This document shows positions 1-10,947 of a DNA stretch of 64,000 bases, piece by piece. The DNA comes from Candidatus Giovannonibacteria bacterium (GTDB taxonomy: Bacteria; Patescibacteriota; Minisyncoccia; UBA11713; 2-01-FULL-45-33): assembly GCA_016176295.1 (NCBI GenBank), contig JACOXN010000004.1, positions 6,655 to 70,654 on the forward strand. Direction: 5' to 3'. Within the stretch, counting starts at the first letter, position 1, and each line of letters begins with the position of its first letter. Both the position numbers and the translations under genes were made by a program. The notes under the pieces are model-generated. The model ran no database searches, was not told the DNA's origin, and saw only the letters and a list, made by a program, of their open reading frames with translations.

Positions 1-1477
<1,477 letters not shown>

Positions 1478-1574
1478 TCAAGAAGAAAACACAAACGCTT
1501 TCTCCCGGAGCGTTTAAAAAAAAGCCCCCAAATGGAGCTTCAATATTTGACAATTCATGCGAATCCCTTGATTT

Positions 1575-1745
1575 TTAAGCGCTAACACCTAGGGACGCCA
1601 CGAAAGTGTGGAATTTGGTTAAGCATTTTTCGTAATGCTTGCCAAACTCCAAAACAGGAACTCTTTTCATGCAAATTCCGCAAAGTTTTTTTTCTTCTCC
1701 TTCTTTCGCTTCCGCCGCTAACGCCGTAGATTCTCTATCCGTCAT
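1575..1745 (-). CDS. Small C2HC zinc-finger-like protein (56 aa)
   Basis: AGGAGG SD before ATG 1745; CGIC-x11-H-x3-C. Confidence 0.6.
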   Translation of the reverse strand: MTDRESTALAAEAKEGEEKKLCGICMKRVPVLEFGKHYEKCLTKFHTFVASLGVSA

Positions 1746-1861
1746 ATGTAACCCTCCTAAAAAAAATTCGCAGAAATAACATGTTCCGCAAAGATCATAG
1801 CATACACCTGCATTAAGAATAAATGAAATACACAAGAAAATCCACTTTATCTGCGGATGGA

Positions 1862-3595
1862 TCACATCTTTTCCGGAGAGGATATGCCTAACAGACTAAG
1901 TCCTTTTGAAAGAGTTAAGGCCACGCCGTTAATTAAATTGACTCGAAACATCTTTTTTGACACGTTGTTTTCCTGCGTTACCGGATGTGAATGGTAAAAG
2001 TTGTTGGCTAACTGCGCTAATTGGTTTAAATAGTTGGCAAGAATATTAGGCATGAAATCATTCAGGGCATCTTCTATAACTTCCGGAAAACACAATACGG
2101 AAGCAATTAAATTCTTTTCCACCTGATCCAGCTCGACGTCTTCAACCATAAAGCCTGACTTTCCTTCCAGTTTACGCAATATACTCTTCAATCTCGCATA
2201 TGTGTACTGCAAATACGGACCGGAATTACCCGCAAAAGACAACGCTTCATCCCATTTAAAAACTATATCAGAATGCCGGTTATGAGAAAGATCAAAGTAT
2301 TTTAGGGCACCCAAACCGACCTGCTTCGCTATTTCTTCTTTATTTTCCAATTCAGGATTTTTTTCCTCAATTATCTGAAGAGCTCTTTTTTCTGACTCAT
2401 CCAAGACAGCATCCAAAGAAATGACAGTGCCTTTTCGCGTGCTGATTGTGCCTTCAGGTAAAGACATGAACCCATAAGAAATATGATCACTCTCGCCCAC
2501 TCCTTCAAACCCGAGCAGCTCGGCAACTTTAAAAACCTGTTTAAAATGATGTTCCTGTCTAACATCGACAACGTAGAGATTTTTATAAAAATCCCATTCT
2601 TTTTTTCTATATTTAATAGTTGCGAGGTCGCGCAAAAGATATGTTGATGCTCCGTCAGTCTTAATAAGTATGGCTTCGTCCAAATTATAACTAATCAGAT
2701 CTACTATTATTGCTCCGTCTTTATTTATTGCAATTCCTTTTTCAAGAGCCTCTTTAACAATAAGCGGCATCATATCGTTATATTCACTTTCACCTCTTTC
2801 TTCTTCAAACTGTAGAAGGTCAAAACGATTTATAATTCTTTGAATTTCATTTTCTGTTCCTACCTTAAGCCATTCCCAGATTACTCGGTTTTCTGAATCA
2901 CCGTTTTCGAGTTTAGCGAACTCTTCTTTAGCTTTTTCGCGTAAAATAGGTTCTTTTTCAATTCTTTCGTTTTCTTCAACATAAAGACGTTCGAGTAGCT
3001 TTATTGTCGGGTCCGCAGTAATCGCATATGACTTTGACGTTCGGGGCAGTTGTTTAGTTAAAGAAATTTCGTTTCTTTTAAATGCCTGAATCAAAATGCC
3101 AAACTGTGTTCCCCAATCTCCGATATGAGTATCAGAAATAGTTTTATATCCTTGTGTTTTTAAAATTCGTTTCAAGGCATCGCCAATAACTGCCGAACGC
3201 AGATGTCCCACATGAGACGGTTTTCCTACATTCAATTGAAAATATTCAACAATTATCTTTTTACCTATTCCTACAGGTCTATCACCCCATTTTTTCTGTT
3301 TTTTTAAAACTTCTCGAAGCCCCCCAATCAGCGATTCTTTTGAAATATAAAAATTCAAAAAACCGGGTCCGGCTATCTCAATCTTTTCCAGCCGCTTGGC
3401 AATCGGATTGCCAAGGAGTTTCTTCTTTATCTCCTCTGCCGTCTCTTTGGGATTCCGGCCTTCTTTCTTTTCCAGGATTAATGCGATATTTGTGGAATAG
3501 TCGCCGTACTCCGGCTTTTCGGTGGCAGAAACGGAAAAAACCGTCCCTGCCGGCGCCAATTTTTCAAGCTCTTTTTTTATAATTTGCCTGAACAC
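1862..3595 (-). CDS. argS: Arginine--tRNA ligase
   Basis: YGDYSTN, HIGH-like HVGHLRS, GDWGTQFG, STRKG, GPYLQYTYAR. Confidence 0.97.
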   Translation of the reverse strand: MFRQIIKKELEKLAPAGTVFSVSATEKPEYGDYSTNIALILEKKEGRNPKETAEEIKKKLLGNPIAKRLEKIEIAGPGFLNFYISKESLIGGLREVLKKQKKWGDRPVGIGKKIIVEYFQLNVGKPSHVGHLRSAVIGDALKRILKTQGYKTISDTHIGDWGTQFGILIQAFKRNEISLTKQLPRTSKSYAITADPTIKLLERLYVEENERIEKEPILREKAKEEFAKLENGDSENRVIWEWLKVGTENEIQRIINRFDLLQFEEERGESEYNDMMPLIVKEALEKGIAINKDGAIIVDLISYNLDEAILIKTDGASTYLLRDLATIKYRKKEWDFYKNLYVVDVRQEHHFKQVFKVAELLGFEGVGESDHISYGFMSLPEGTISTRKGTVISLDAVLDESEKRALQIIEEKNPELENKEEIAKQVGLGALKYFDLSHNRHSDIVFKWDEALSFAGNSGPYLQYTYARLKSILRKLEGKSGFMVEDVELDQVEKNLIASVLCFPEVIEDALNDFMPNILANYLNQLAQLANNFYHSHPVTQENNVSKKMFRVNLINGVALTLSKGLSLLGISSPEKM

Positions 3596-3645
3596 AATGA
3601 CTTATTTTATCGCAAAATTAGCATAAAAAAAAGCCCTTTGGACTT

Positions 3646-4308
3646 TTATATCGCGATCTTATGCCTGTCGTACCGTGCCGGGTCCATGCCCAGACTTCTC
3701 GGTCCGAAACCGCAGGGAAACAGATATTGAAGCGTAGTTATCAAAACTTCACCCGTGTCTCGCGCTATTATCACGAGGCATGGATTCGCTTCGAATTCAT
3801 TGGTAACCTGCCGGCAGGCGCCGCACGGAGTGATGTATTCTTTCTGCGCTGCCCTCCTTATATCTTTCGAAATGGAATCGTCGAATCCGCCCACAACGGC
3901 AAACGCGTGGAACTTGCGGAACCCCTCGCTTACCGCTTTAAAAGCCGCAACGCGCTCCGCGCATTTGGTTTCTCCGTAAGACGCGTTTTCCACATTGCAT
4001 CCGCCAATGCGGGCAAATAAGCCCGACTTATTCTCGGCAAAAATGGATGCGCCGACATTGAAGTGCGAATACGGAGCGTATGAAAACTCCCGGGCTTTTC
4101 TAGCACCTGCCACTAGCTCCGAAATTTCACCATAAGTGACGCGGTACGAATTTACCTCAAGAATTTTATCCGGCATTTTCCGCAGATGAGGAAGAGCTAT
4201 TTCCAAGCCTTTTCCCGCTCCGATAACGAGTTCCATCGCCGTTTTTGAAGCTTTGAGATCGGCCAAAATGTTATCAGTGGAAGCCATGTGGTCAAATCTG
4301 AAATCCAT
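3646..4308 (-). CDS. cdd: Cytidine deaminase with N-terminal extension
   Basis: APYSHFNVGA, GCNVENASYG, CAER, PCGACRQ. Confidence 0.9.
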   Translation of the reverse strand: MDFRFDHMASTDNILADLKASKTAMELVIGAGKGLEIALPHLRKMPDKILEVNSYRVTYGEISELVAGARKAREFSYAPYSHFNVGASIFAENKSGLFARIGGCNVENASYGETKCAERVAAFKAVSEGFRKFHAFAVVGGFDDSISKDIRRAAQKEYITPCGACRQVTNEFEANPCLVIIARDTGEVLITTLQYLFPCGFGPRSLGMDPARYDRHKIAI

Positions 4309-4327
4309 ATTATTTCCTCCGTGTACT

Positions 4328-4780
4328 TTACCGGCTCATACGGCCTGAAACTTTTCCCAGCGAAAATATTTCTTGTGTCGTTTTCTCAACCGCTTCTTTG
4401 AACCAGGTTTCTTCCGCGTCCTTCACGACCCGGCGGCCTCTTTTTAACTGCTTTTTGTAGAGTCTGTGCGCCGGGGATAAAAAATGTCTATCGTACATTA
4501 TCGGGCCGCCGACCGCGGCAACCGGGTAGACATCGATTATTTTCCCGGAAGGCAGCGTGACCCAGCTGTGCTCGTAAGCGGTTAAAAAATGTCCATCGAC
4601 AAAATCAAGACCGAATACACGGGCTATCGCTCTCGCCAAAATGTGACACGAGAGCACGATGTCCTTGCCATCATCATCCTTTCCAAGATGAAGCCCCGGC
4701 ATCGCTTCGACAATTTTTTTTATCTGCAAATAAGTTTTCATTTCTTCCAAAGAAACGAATTCGGAAGCATAAGAAATCAT
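4328..4780 (-). CDS. Hypothetical protein, possible transglutaminase-like Cys-His-Asp fold
   Basis: AAGGAG SD; SCH...EHSWV...IIDV spacing. Confidence 0.6.
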   Translation of the reverse strand: MISYASEFVSLEEMKTYLQIKKIVEAMPGLHLGKDDDGKDIVLSCHILARAIARVFGLDFVDGHFLTAYEHSWVTLPSGKIIDVYPVAAVGGPIMYDRHFLSPAHRLYKKQLKRGRRVVKDAEETWFKEAVEKTTQEIFSLGKVSGRMSR

Positions 4781-4942
4781 AAATGCTCCTTTTTTATTAT
4801 CAAGAAATAATAACCAGCTGAAATAAAACTAGCATTTATTTTAAAAAAAGACCAATAGCCCGGAAAAAATAGGATTGACTAATTTCAACAAATAATTTAT
4901 TGTAGGCAACAATAAGTAAAGTACGTTGAGAATAGAAAGGAC

Positions 4943-6331
4943 TTGAAAGTGAAGAAATTGACGTTTGACGGCAAAGGCGAAATCGGGGGTTCCAATTACT
5001 GTTACAACGGTACTATCGGCGTCGACCACGGTGCTATCCAAGGAAAGAAGAAAATTTCATATCCCGCGCCAAACGGAGTGTCCCCGCTCGTTGTCATAGC
5101 CTCCCATTCTCACATTGATCACATCGGAGGATTCGCGTGCCTAGCAAAGCATCGTCCGGAAGCCAAATTCTTCATGACACAGACGACTCTGGACGGAATG
5201 ATATTGTTACTCAACGATTCTCTGAAGATCGCGCGTAGCCAGGCCGAGTTCAATTCACTGAAAGGGCTCCCGTCGGAGCCGCCGGCATTCGAAGAAGAAG
5301 ATATCAGTCACGTTGAAAGCCAAACCGAAATAATAAAAAATATCGGTTGGTTCGAACCCGTGAAAGGATATCATCTTTCACTCCGCTCCGCCGGCCACAT
5401 GCGCGGAGCATCCATTGAGCTCATGGTTACGCCGGACGGAACGAGAGTGGTTCACGCGGCGGATATCTCGGTGGAAGAGAGGGCTTTGGTAAGAGGGGCC
5501 GCGGTCCCGAAAGATTTCCTTAACCCGGATGTCCTGGTCATCGAATCAACTTACGGCTCGAAAGAACTCCCGGACCTAAAAGGAGAAAAAGATAAGTTGA
5601 TCTCCGTCACAAAGGAAACGCTCAAAAAAGGCGGGAGCGTCCTCGTCGGACATTTTGCCTCGATGCTGGACAACATAGTGATCCCTTTAGCTGAAGCTAA
5701 AATACAAGTTTATGTTGACGGCATGGGCAGACAATTTCTGAGAATTTACGCGGCGGCAAAAAACTGGTGCCCCGAAGACAGGCCGTTCTCGCTTTCCGGT
5801 TACGATAATGTACATTTCATCGATCCTGACCGCGGTACAGCGACAGCGCAGAGAAAAAAGCTGTTGAGTGGTAAGCTAAAAGGGGCCATTGTGTGTCCTT
5901 CCGGAATGTACGAAGGAGGACATTCGGTCACATACATCAAGCAATTAATGGAATCCCGCAAAAATACAATCATCATGCCGGGATTCCAGGCTGACGAAAC
6001 TCAAGGTCGGGAGATTCAGGAAGCTGAGTCCGGAGACCTGATCGATTTCAAATGCGAGCGCGTGATGAAAATAAACGAGAAAAAAGAGGCGAAAGAATGG
6101 CATGAGTACCGAAGGCTAAACGCGCCTGTCGTACAAATAAAATACTCCGGCCATTCAGGCGGCGATAAAATGGCCAAGTGGGTCGCCGAGCTCAACCCCA
6201 AAAAAGTGGTAACTGTGCACGGCGATCCGGAGGGACATGAGGGGCTAAAAGACCGGATCCATCGCCTGAACAGAAATATCGATGTCGTGCGGGCAACCGG
6301 CGAGACAATCAAGTTCTCTTTTCGCAGTTAA
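4943..6331 (+). CDS. Divergent MBL/beta-CASP family nuclease
   Basis: HSHIDH, AGH, IESTYG, YSGH, VHGD motifs; TTG start. Confidence 0.88.
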   Translation: MKVKKLTFDGKGEIGGSNYCYNGTIGVDHGAIQGKKKISYPAPNGVSPLVVIASHSHIDHIGGFACLAKHRPEAKFFMTQTTLDGMILLLNDSLKIARSQAEFNSLKGLPSEPPAFEEEDISHVESQTEIIKNIGWFEPVKGYHLSLRSAGHMRGASIELMVTPDGTRVVHAADISVEERALVRGAAVPKDFLNPDVLVIESTYGSKELPDLKGEKDKLISVTKETLKKGGSVLVGHFASMLDNIVIPLAEAKIQVYVDGMGRQFLRIYAAAKNWCPEDRPFSLSGYDNVHFIDPDRGTATAQRKKLLSGKLKGAIVCPSGMYEGGHSVTYIKQLMESRKNTIIMPGFQADETQGREIQEAESGDLIDFKCERVMKINEKKEAKEWHEYRRLNAPVVQIKYSGHSGGDKMAKWVAELNPKKVVTVHGDPEGHEGLKDRIHRLNRNIDVVRATGETIKFSFRS

Positions 6332-6359
6332 AAACCTCCCCTCAGAGGTTTTTTCTTTT
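6330..6359 (+). terminator. Intrinsic terminator
   Basis: AAAACCTC-CCCTCA-GAGGTTTT followed by T tract. Confidence 0.7.
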
Positions 6360-6417
6360 GATTAAAAATATAAACTCTGATTTAATGGAACAAGTTTGAA
6401 AACAAAAAGAGCCCCAA

Positions 6418-7608
6418 ATGGCAATAACAAAAATTGGGTTCTTGGGTCATTTCTACCAACCGCCGACACAGCCGTGGGAAATTATATTGCAAATCTATCG
6501 GGAGTGCTACAAAAAGGTTTTTGACTCTGCCTCGCGGCTGGATGGGTTTGCTTTCTCAATGGACCTCGCAAAAAGTCTCGGCGAAAGAATGCCGCCGGAA
6601 TGCATCGCGGCGATGTCCGAACTTTTTAAAAAAAGGCGGCTTGAGCTTGTAAACACCTCCGCTTATCATTATCTTCTCCCGCTAGTCCCGACTGCCGTTG
6701 CCGAACGCCAGCTAGAGCTCAACCGCGATTTTTACCGGAGCACTTTCGGGCCCGTAACCCACCCTGAAGGCTTTTTCCCTCCGGAACTTGCCACTTTTCA
6801 CTGGTTGTGGAATACAGTTTCCGATCAAAGGTACGACTGGTGCGTCGCCGACGACGAACTATTTAATTATACCCGCCCGCAATTCCCAGAGCACGAAAAG
6901 GTGCCGCAAAACTGGATACCGGAAATAGACTAATGCGGAATTCTTTTGAGATCGAGACACTGGTCCAACGTAATTTCGCGCATGCGGTACCCCGACGATC
7001 GGGAAGTTTCTTCCGGCGGAGAATTTCTCCGTGAAATGCTAGCCGGGCAAAGAGAATGGCGCGCGAAATGTGGAAACAACGGAAACAGCTATATTATTCT
7101 GGCTCTGGACATCGAAACCTTCGGCCACCACCACAAAGGAGCTGTGGAAAAATTTCTCATCCCCTTCTGGGAAGAAACTCGCCGTTTGAAAAACGAGTGC
7201 GAAATAGTCCCGCTTCGGTACATATTTGAGGAATTTTCCAAGATAGTTCTGGGCCGGGATGATATTTATCCTGGCTCGTAGTCGACTTCCAAAGAAGACC
7301 TGGCCCGCAACGATCTCTGGCCACTGTGGTGCAATCGGAAGAACACTTTCCACGGAGCCTGGAACGAATTCATCCGGCTCGTATATTTTCTCTCTCCAAA
7401 AAATCCACCCCAAGAACTTCAGAACCTGCTCGACAAAGCCTTTTACAGTTGTTCTCCCTGGTGGGCTATCCGCGAAAAAGGCGACCGTGGCTTCGCCGGG
7501 GCTTGTCTCCCAATGTTCAGGGAAATAATAAGGACACTCCACGACCATTCGCCGATAATGCGCCAGAATTTGGAGACCCTCGTACAAACGATGGAAAATT
7601 TTATCTAA
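6418..7608 (+). pseudogene. Glycoside hydrolase family 57-like gene with two in-frame stops
   Basis: HFYQPP, FFPPEL and ALDIETFGHH all in one frame; TAA at 6931 and TAG at 7279; frame continues to TAA 7606-7608. Confidence 0.82.
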
Positions 7609-7727
7609 CCCTCGCCCACTATAAGCGGACCGAGGGCTTTTTTAACCTTAAATTTAAAACTAAACCATTCTACGATTCGCGCGAATTAGAGACAAAAAAA
7701 CGGCCGAGGCCGTTGGTTTTTTATTGT

Positions 7728-8069
7728 TTAGGGCGCTGCTTCGGAATGCTCGTAGGAAATGCCGGAATTGGCGGCAATGTCGAAAATGTCCGGTCTTTCG
7801 ATGGTCCACGGCAGGAAAATTATCCGCCATTTGAGCCAGGGGTCCTTGATTAGTCTTTGCTCGAGACAGTAATTCCTGGAGAATTTGTCGTCCATGAAAA
7901 TCTGCACAGTCTTTACAAACCCCATTAAAAACAGGCGTTCACGATAAACATCATCGTGCTGATAATATTCCCACGCTGTGTAAAACTTCGCCAAGGTCCA
8001 GGGCCCGCATACAAATGCGCAGCACGCGGCCAGATAATTTAAAAAACGCGCTTTTATCCGACGATACAT
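7728..8069 (-). CDS. Hypothetical protein (one hydrophobic segment)
   Basis: AAGGAG SD, 113-aa ORF. Confidence 0.55.
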   Translation of the reverse strand: MYRRIKARFLNYLAACCAFVCGPWTLAKFYTAWEYYQHDDVYRERLFLMGFVKTVQIFMDDKFSRNYCLEQRLIKDPWLKWRIIFLPWTIERPDIFDIAANSGISYEHSEAAP

Positions 8070-8205
8070 ATTCGCTCCTTAAAGTGCTTTTGCTTATTAC
8101 AAAATGCCATAATCGGCACTGTTTTGTCAAGCCGTGCGTACGCAAGTTCAGCAAGTAAGTGTAAAGAAACCTGGAAACCTGAGGAAAATAATGCCAAAAT
8201 GTCGT

Positions 8206-8652
8206 ATGGAGAATTTCGCCGAAAACAGGAAAGCCCATTTTGATTTCGAGCTTTTGGAGACCTACGAAGCGGGAGTGGAGCTTTTGGGCATCGAGGTAAA
8301 AGCAATAAAAACCAACAAAATGAGCTTGGAGGGTTCTTATGTGTTCCCCAGATTGGGCGAGTTCTGGCTGGTGGGCGCTTATGTTGCTCCCTACCAGCCC
8401 AATAACACCCCGGGCGATTACAATCCTTACAGAGACAGGAAACTTCTGTTAAAAAAGGAGGAAATAGATTATCTTTTGGGCAAGGTCTCCACCAGAGGCT
8501 TGACAATCCTCCCGGTTAGGGTTTATAATAAAAAGAATCGGATAAAGCTTGAGATAGCGGTGGCAAGGCGCCGCAAGAAACACGATAAGCGCGAGAGGAT
8601 AAAAGAGCGAGAGAGTAAAAGAAAGATAGACAGATCATTGAAAGAAATCTAG
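8206..8652 (+). CDS. smpB: SsrA-binding protein
   Basis: ENRKAHFDF..EAGVELLGIEVKAI, RKLLLKKEEI, HDKRERIK; adjacent to tmRNA; start taken at ATG 8206. Confidence 0.97.
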   Translation: MENFAENRKAHFDFELLETYEAGVELLGIEVKAIKTNKMSLEGSYVFPRLGEFWLVGAYVAPYQPNNTPGDYNPYRDRKLLLKKEEIDYLLGKVSTRGLTILPVRVYNKKNRIKLEIAVARRRKKHDKRERIKERESKRKIDRSLKEI

Positions 8653-8766
8653 CCGTTCAAAATTGCGGATAAAAATTCCAGGTGGGGGCGCGCCGTCCCG
8701 CAATTCAATTCCGACTTTGTGCGGGATGGAGCTAAGGAATTTTTAGACGAAATTTTGGGCGGTTAG
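8649..8766. repeat. Palindromic element family A, intergenic copy
   Basis: Terminal stem CTAGCCGTTCAAAATT/AATTTTGGGCGGTTAG; shares GGTGGGGGCG and TTCAATTCnGACTT with 36835-36935. Confidence 0.85.
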
Positions 8767-8777
8767 ATCCAAATAAT

Positions 8778-9164
8778 GGGGATGATTGGCCTCGAGGAGA
8801 GACGAATTTCATGCGCTCAGGCAGAGGATGTACGGTCACCTCTTTAAACATCCATACAAATCAATAAGTGCAAACTTATTTTCAAAGGCTAGGAACGTTG
8901 TTGCTTCCCTCTTCGGAGGTGTAGGCACGGCTGCTCTTCAACCTTCTTACGCTTTGGCGTAAGCATCTGACTTTCCGATTCTCGCTGAGAGATGTTCAGG
9001 TGTAATATAGCGAGACAGCATTGAGGAAAAGCTTCCCGATTCAGTGCTCGCAAATAGGGAGCAAAATCCCCGCCAAAAGCTAATAAGCATTTAGGCGGGC
9101 AAGTAAGCTTGTCAACCGCATTTTAGGAACCTTTCCCACCCGGGTTCGATTCCCGGCATCTCCA
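8778..9164 (+). ncRNA. ssrA: tmRNA
   Basis: 5' GGGGATG..CTCGA; 3' CCGGGTTCGATTCCCGGCATCTCCA (T arm and acceptor); tag ORF ending YALA*; follows smpB. Confidence 0.96.
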
Positions 9165-9167
9165 CAA

Positions 9168-9208
9168 ATTAAAAATACCCAACATAAAGAGTCGGGTATT
9201 TTTAATTT
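9168..9208 (+). terminator. tmRNA terminator
   Basis: ATTAAAAATACCC...GGGTATTTTTAAT inverted repeat. Confidence 0.8.
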
Positions 9209-9276
9209 GAATATTTACACAAACTTTTAGTATGCTATCCTGTCTTCAGGAAAATAGACGGAAAAAAGAAAAGGGG

Positions 9277-9927
9277 ATGAAAATGGCTCGGGTAGGAAAA
9301 AATGTTTTTGAAGTTGCCTCTTTGGAAAGCGCGCAAAAAATTATTTTAACCCCGGAAAAAGGTTACAAAACCGAAGAGAGATGGCAGGTAGAAACTCCGG
9401 AACACGCCGCATTAATCAAAGGTCTAACCGCTTCAGATGCCACGGTGCTTGATTTCGGAATCGGCATAGGCAGAATCGCCAAAGAACTTCTGCTCGGAAC
9501 AAGGAACTTAAACATTGTTGGAGTTGATGCCTCTAGAACCATGATCCGCCTTTGTCGGGAATATATGCCGCAGTATGTTCACAACAGGCTGACACTTTAT
9601 GCGTCCGACGAAATCAGCCGGATACCGGATAAATCGGTCGATCTCATTTACGCGATTTACGTGCTACAGCACGTTGAAGCCCGGATTCTTGAAAAAACTA
9701 TCGATGAGCTCTTCAGGATCCTGAAACCCTCCGGCAAATTTTACGTTTTTAATTTATTCAAAAGAAGCGCGATAGATAAAAACGGAAAGTTTTATGACGA
9801 TAAAATCGATCTGCTTTCTATTCTGGGAGTTCGCTTCGGGGAGGCGGAAGATCTGAATCTTAACTCACCGTACATGCAAAGTTTTTTGGAAGACCACTTC
9901 AGTAAGCTTTTTACAAAACAAGTTTAA
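9277..9927 (+). CDS. Class I SAM-dependent methyltransferase
   Basis: VLDFGIGIGR, GVDAS, VLQH, RILKPSG. Confidence 0.9.
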   Translation: MKMARVGKNVFEVASLESAQKIILTPEKGYKTEERWQVETPEHAALIKGLTASDATVLDFGIGIGRIAKELLLGTRNLNIVGVDASRTMIRLCREYMPQYVHNRLTLYASDEISRIPDKSVDLIYAIYVLQHVEARILEKTIDELFRILKPSGKFYVFNLFKRSAIDKNGKFYDDKIDLLSILGVRFGEAEDLNLNSPYMQSFLEDHFSKLFTKQV

Positions 9928-10048
9928 AGGCTGTTCATCAAAAACAGCTTTTTTTCTTGAGCTGCAAAAAGCTTTTTTTGCAGAGCGGTGCTTTTGCGAT
10001 AATACTCCCAAAACCGCGAGAGATAAGTCTTCATTAAGTTCAACTTTT

Positions 10049-10259
10049 TCCCAGCCATCTCCACAAGACGAGATTTTTCATCAAGAGAAGTCCCAAAAAA
10101 CGTTATAGGAAGCGAAAAAGCGGCGGTTTCAAAGCCGCTTTTTCTGTTGTAGACCAGATGCTGTGAGAAAACCATTCTTAATACTAATCTCTTGTCTTCA
10201 AAAATCCCATTTGTCCAGATTTCATAAGGGTTTTTTATGTATCCAACGGGAATATCTTT
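10049..10259 (-). pseudogene. C-terminal remnant of a large serine recombinase ending in a tmRNA-like att sequence
   Basis: Manual translation KNPYEIWTNGIFEDKRLVLRMVFSQHLVYNRKSGFETAAFSLP...LVEMAG; CATCTCCACAA is shared with the ssrA 3' end. Confidence 0.6.
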
Positions 10260-10605
10260 TTAAATCCGCGCGCAACCAGTGGTTATTCGTCGGAATTTAC
10301 TGTTTTACCTGTCTCAAAGCTGAGCGTAATAGCAGGCGAGAAGCCGGTGACGGCAAATGATATTGTGTCGGGCAACAATACATTCACCGAAAATAATTTT
10401 GTCCCGGAATTGCTCCTCTCCTATTGCCTTTGTCTTTTGCAGTAAACGGAGGGGGAAATATTTGCGGCGAACCTCAGGACAAACCATACCCGCTCAACTG
10501 CCAATAAACGTCTCAAGCTTTTATTGGTGGTTATAGTTCTGCCTATTCGGGGATGTTTAGTTCAAGACCGAGTGATGAGCTTCAGGATTAAATTTTAGAA
10601 TAGAA

Positions 10606-10803
10606 CTACACGCTCGCAGTTTCTTCCGTCATAAATTCTTCTATCTGTTTTCTAAATTCCGGTGTATCTTGATGACCGTGAGATCCGACAGCATGCTCAA
10701 CCGCGGCTTCAAGTACATGTTCTTTGCTGCCTGACATATAAACATCGCAGTTTTTTTCGCTGGGAAATTTGCGGCAGTCGGCCGCCATTCTTTTTTCCGC
10801 CAT
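10606..10803 (-). CDS. DUF1059 family small metal-binding protein
   Basis: DCRKFPSEKNC...EHAVGSHGH. Confidence 0.85.
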   Translation of the reverse strand: MAEKRMAADCRKFPSEKNCDVYMSGSKEHVLEAAVEHAVGSHGHQDTPEFRKQIEEFMTEETASV

Positions 10804-10947
10804 AAATTGTTATATTATATTTTTTATTCTGTTAAAGACATCGACCAAGTATATATATGTACATCATAAATGCTACATCATTAAATCTTTGTGAATTAAA
10901 GGACAAGTGATTGTACGAGACGAAAAATATCAAAGTATTTTAGTGAC

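Noticed and set aside
6931-7281. Stop-codon reassignment or programmed readthrough
   Set aside because: The two stops are different codons (TAA, TAG), and both terminate many normal genes here. TGA is also used as a stop, so this is not code 25.
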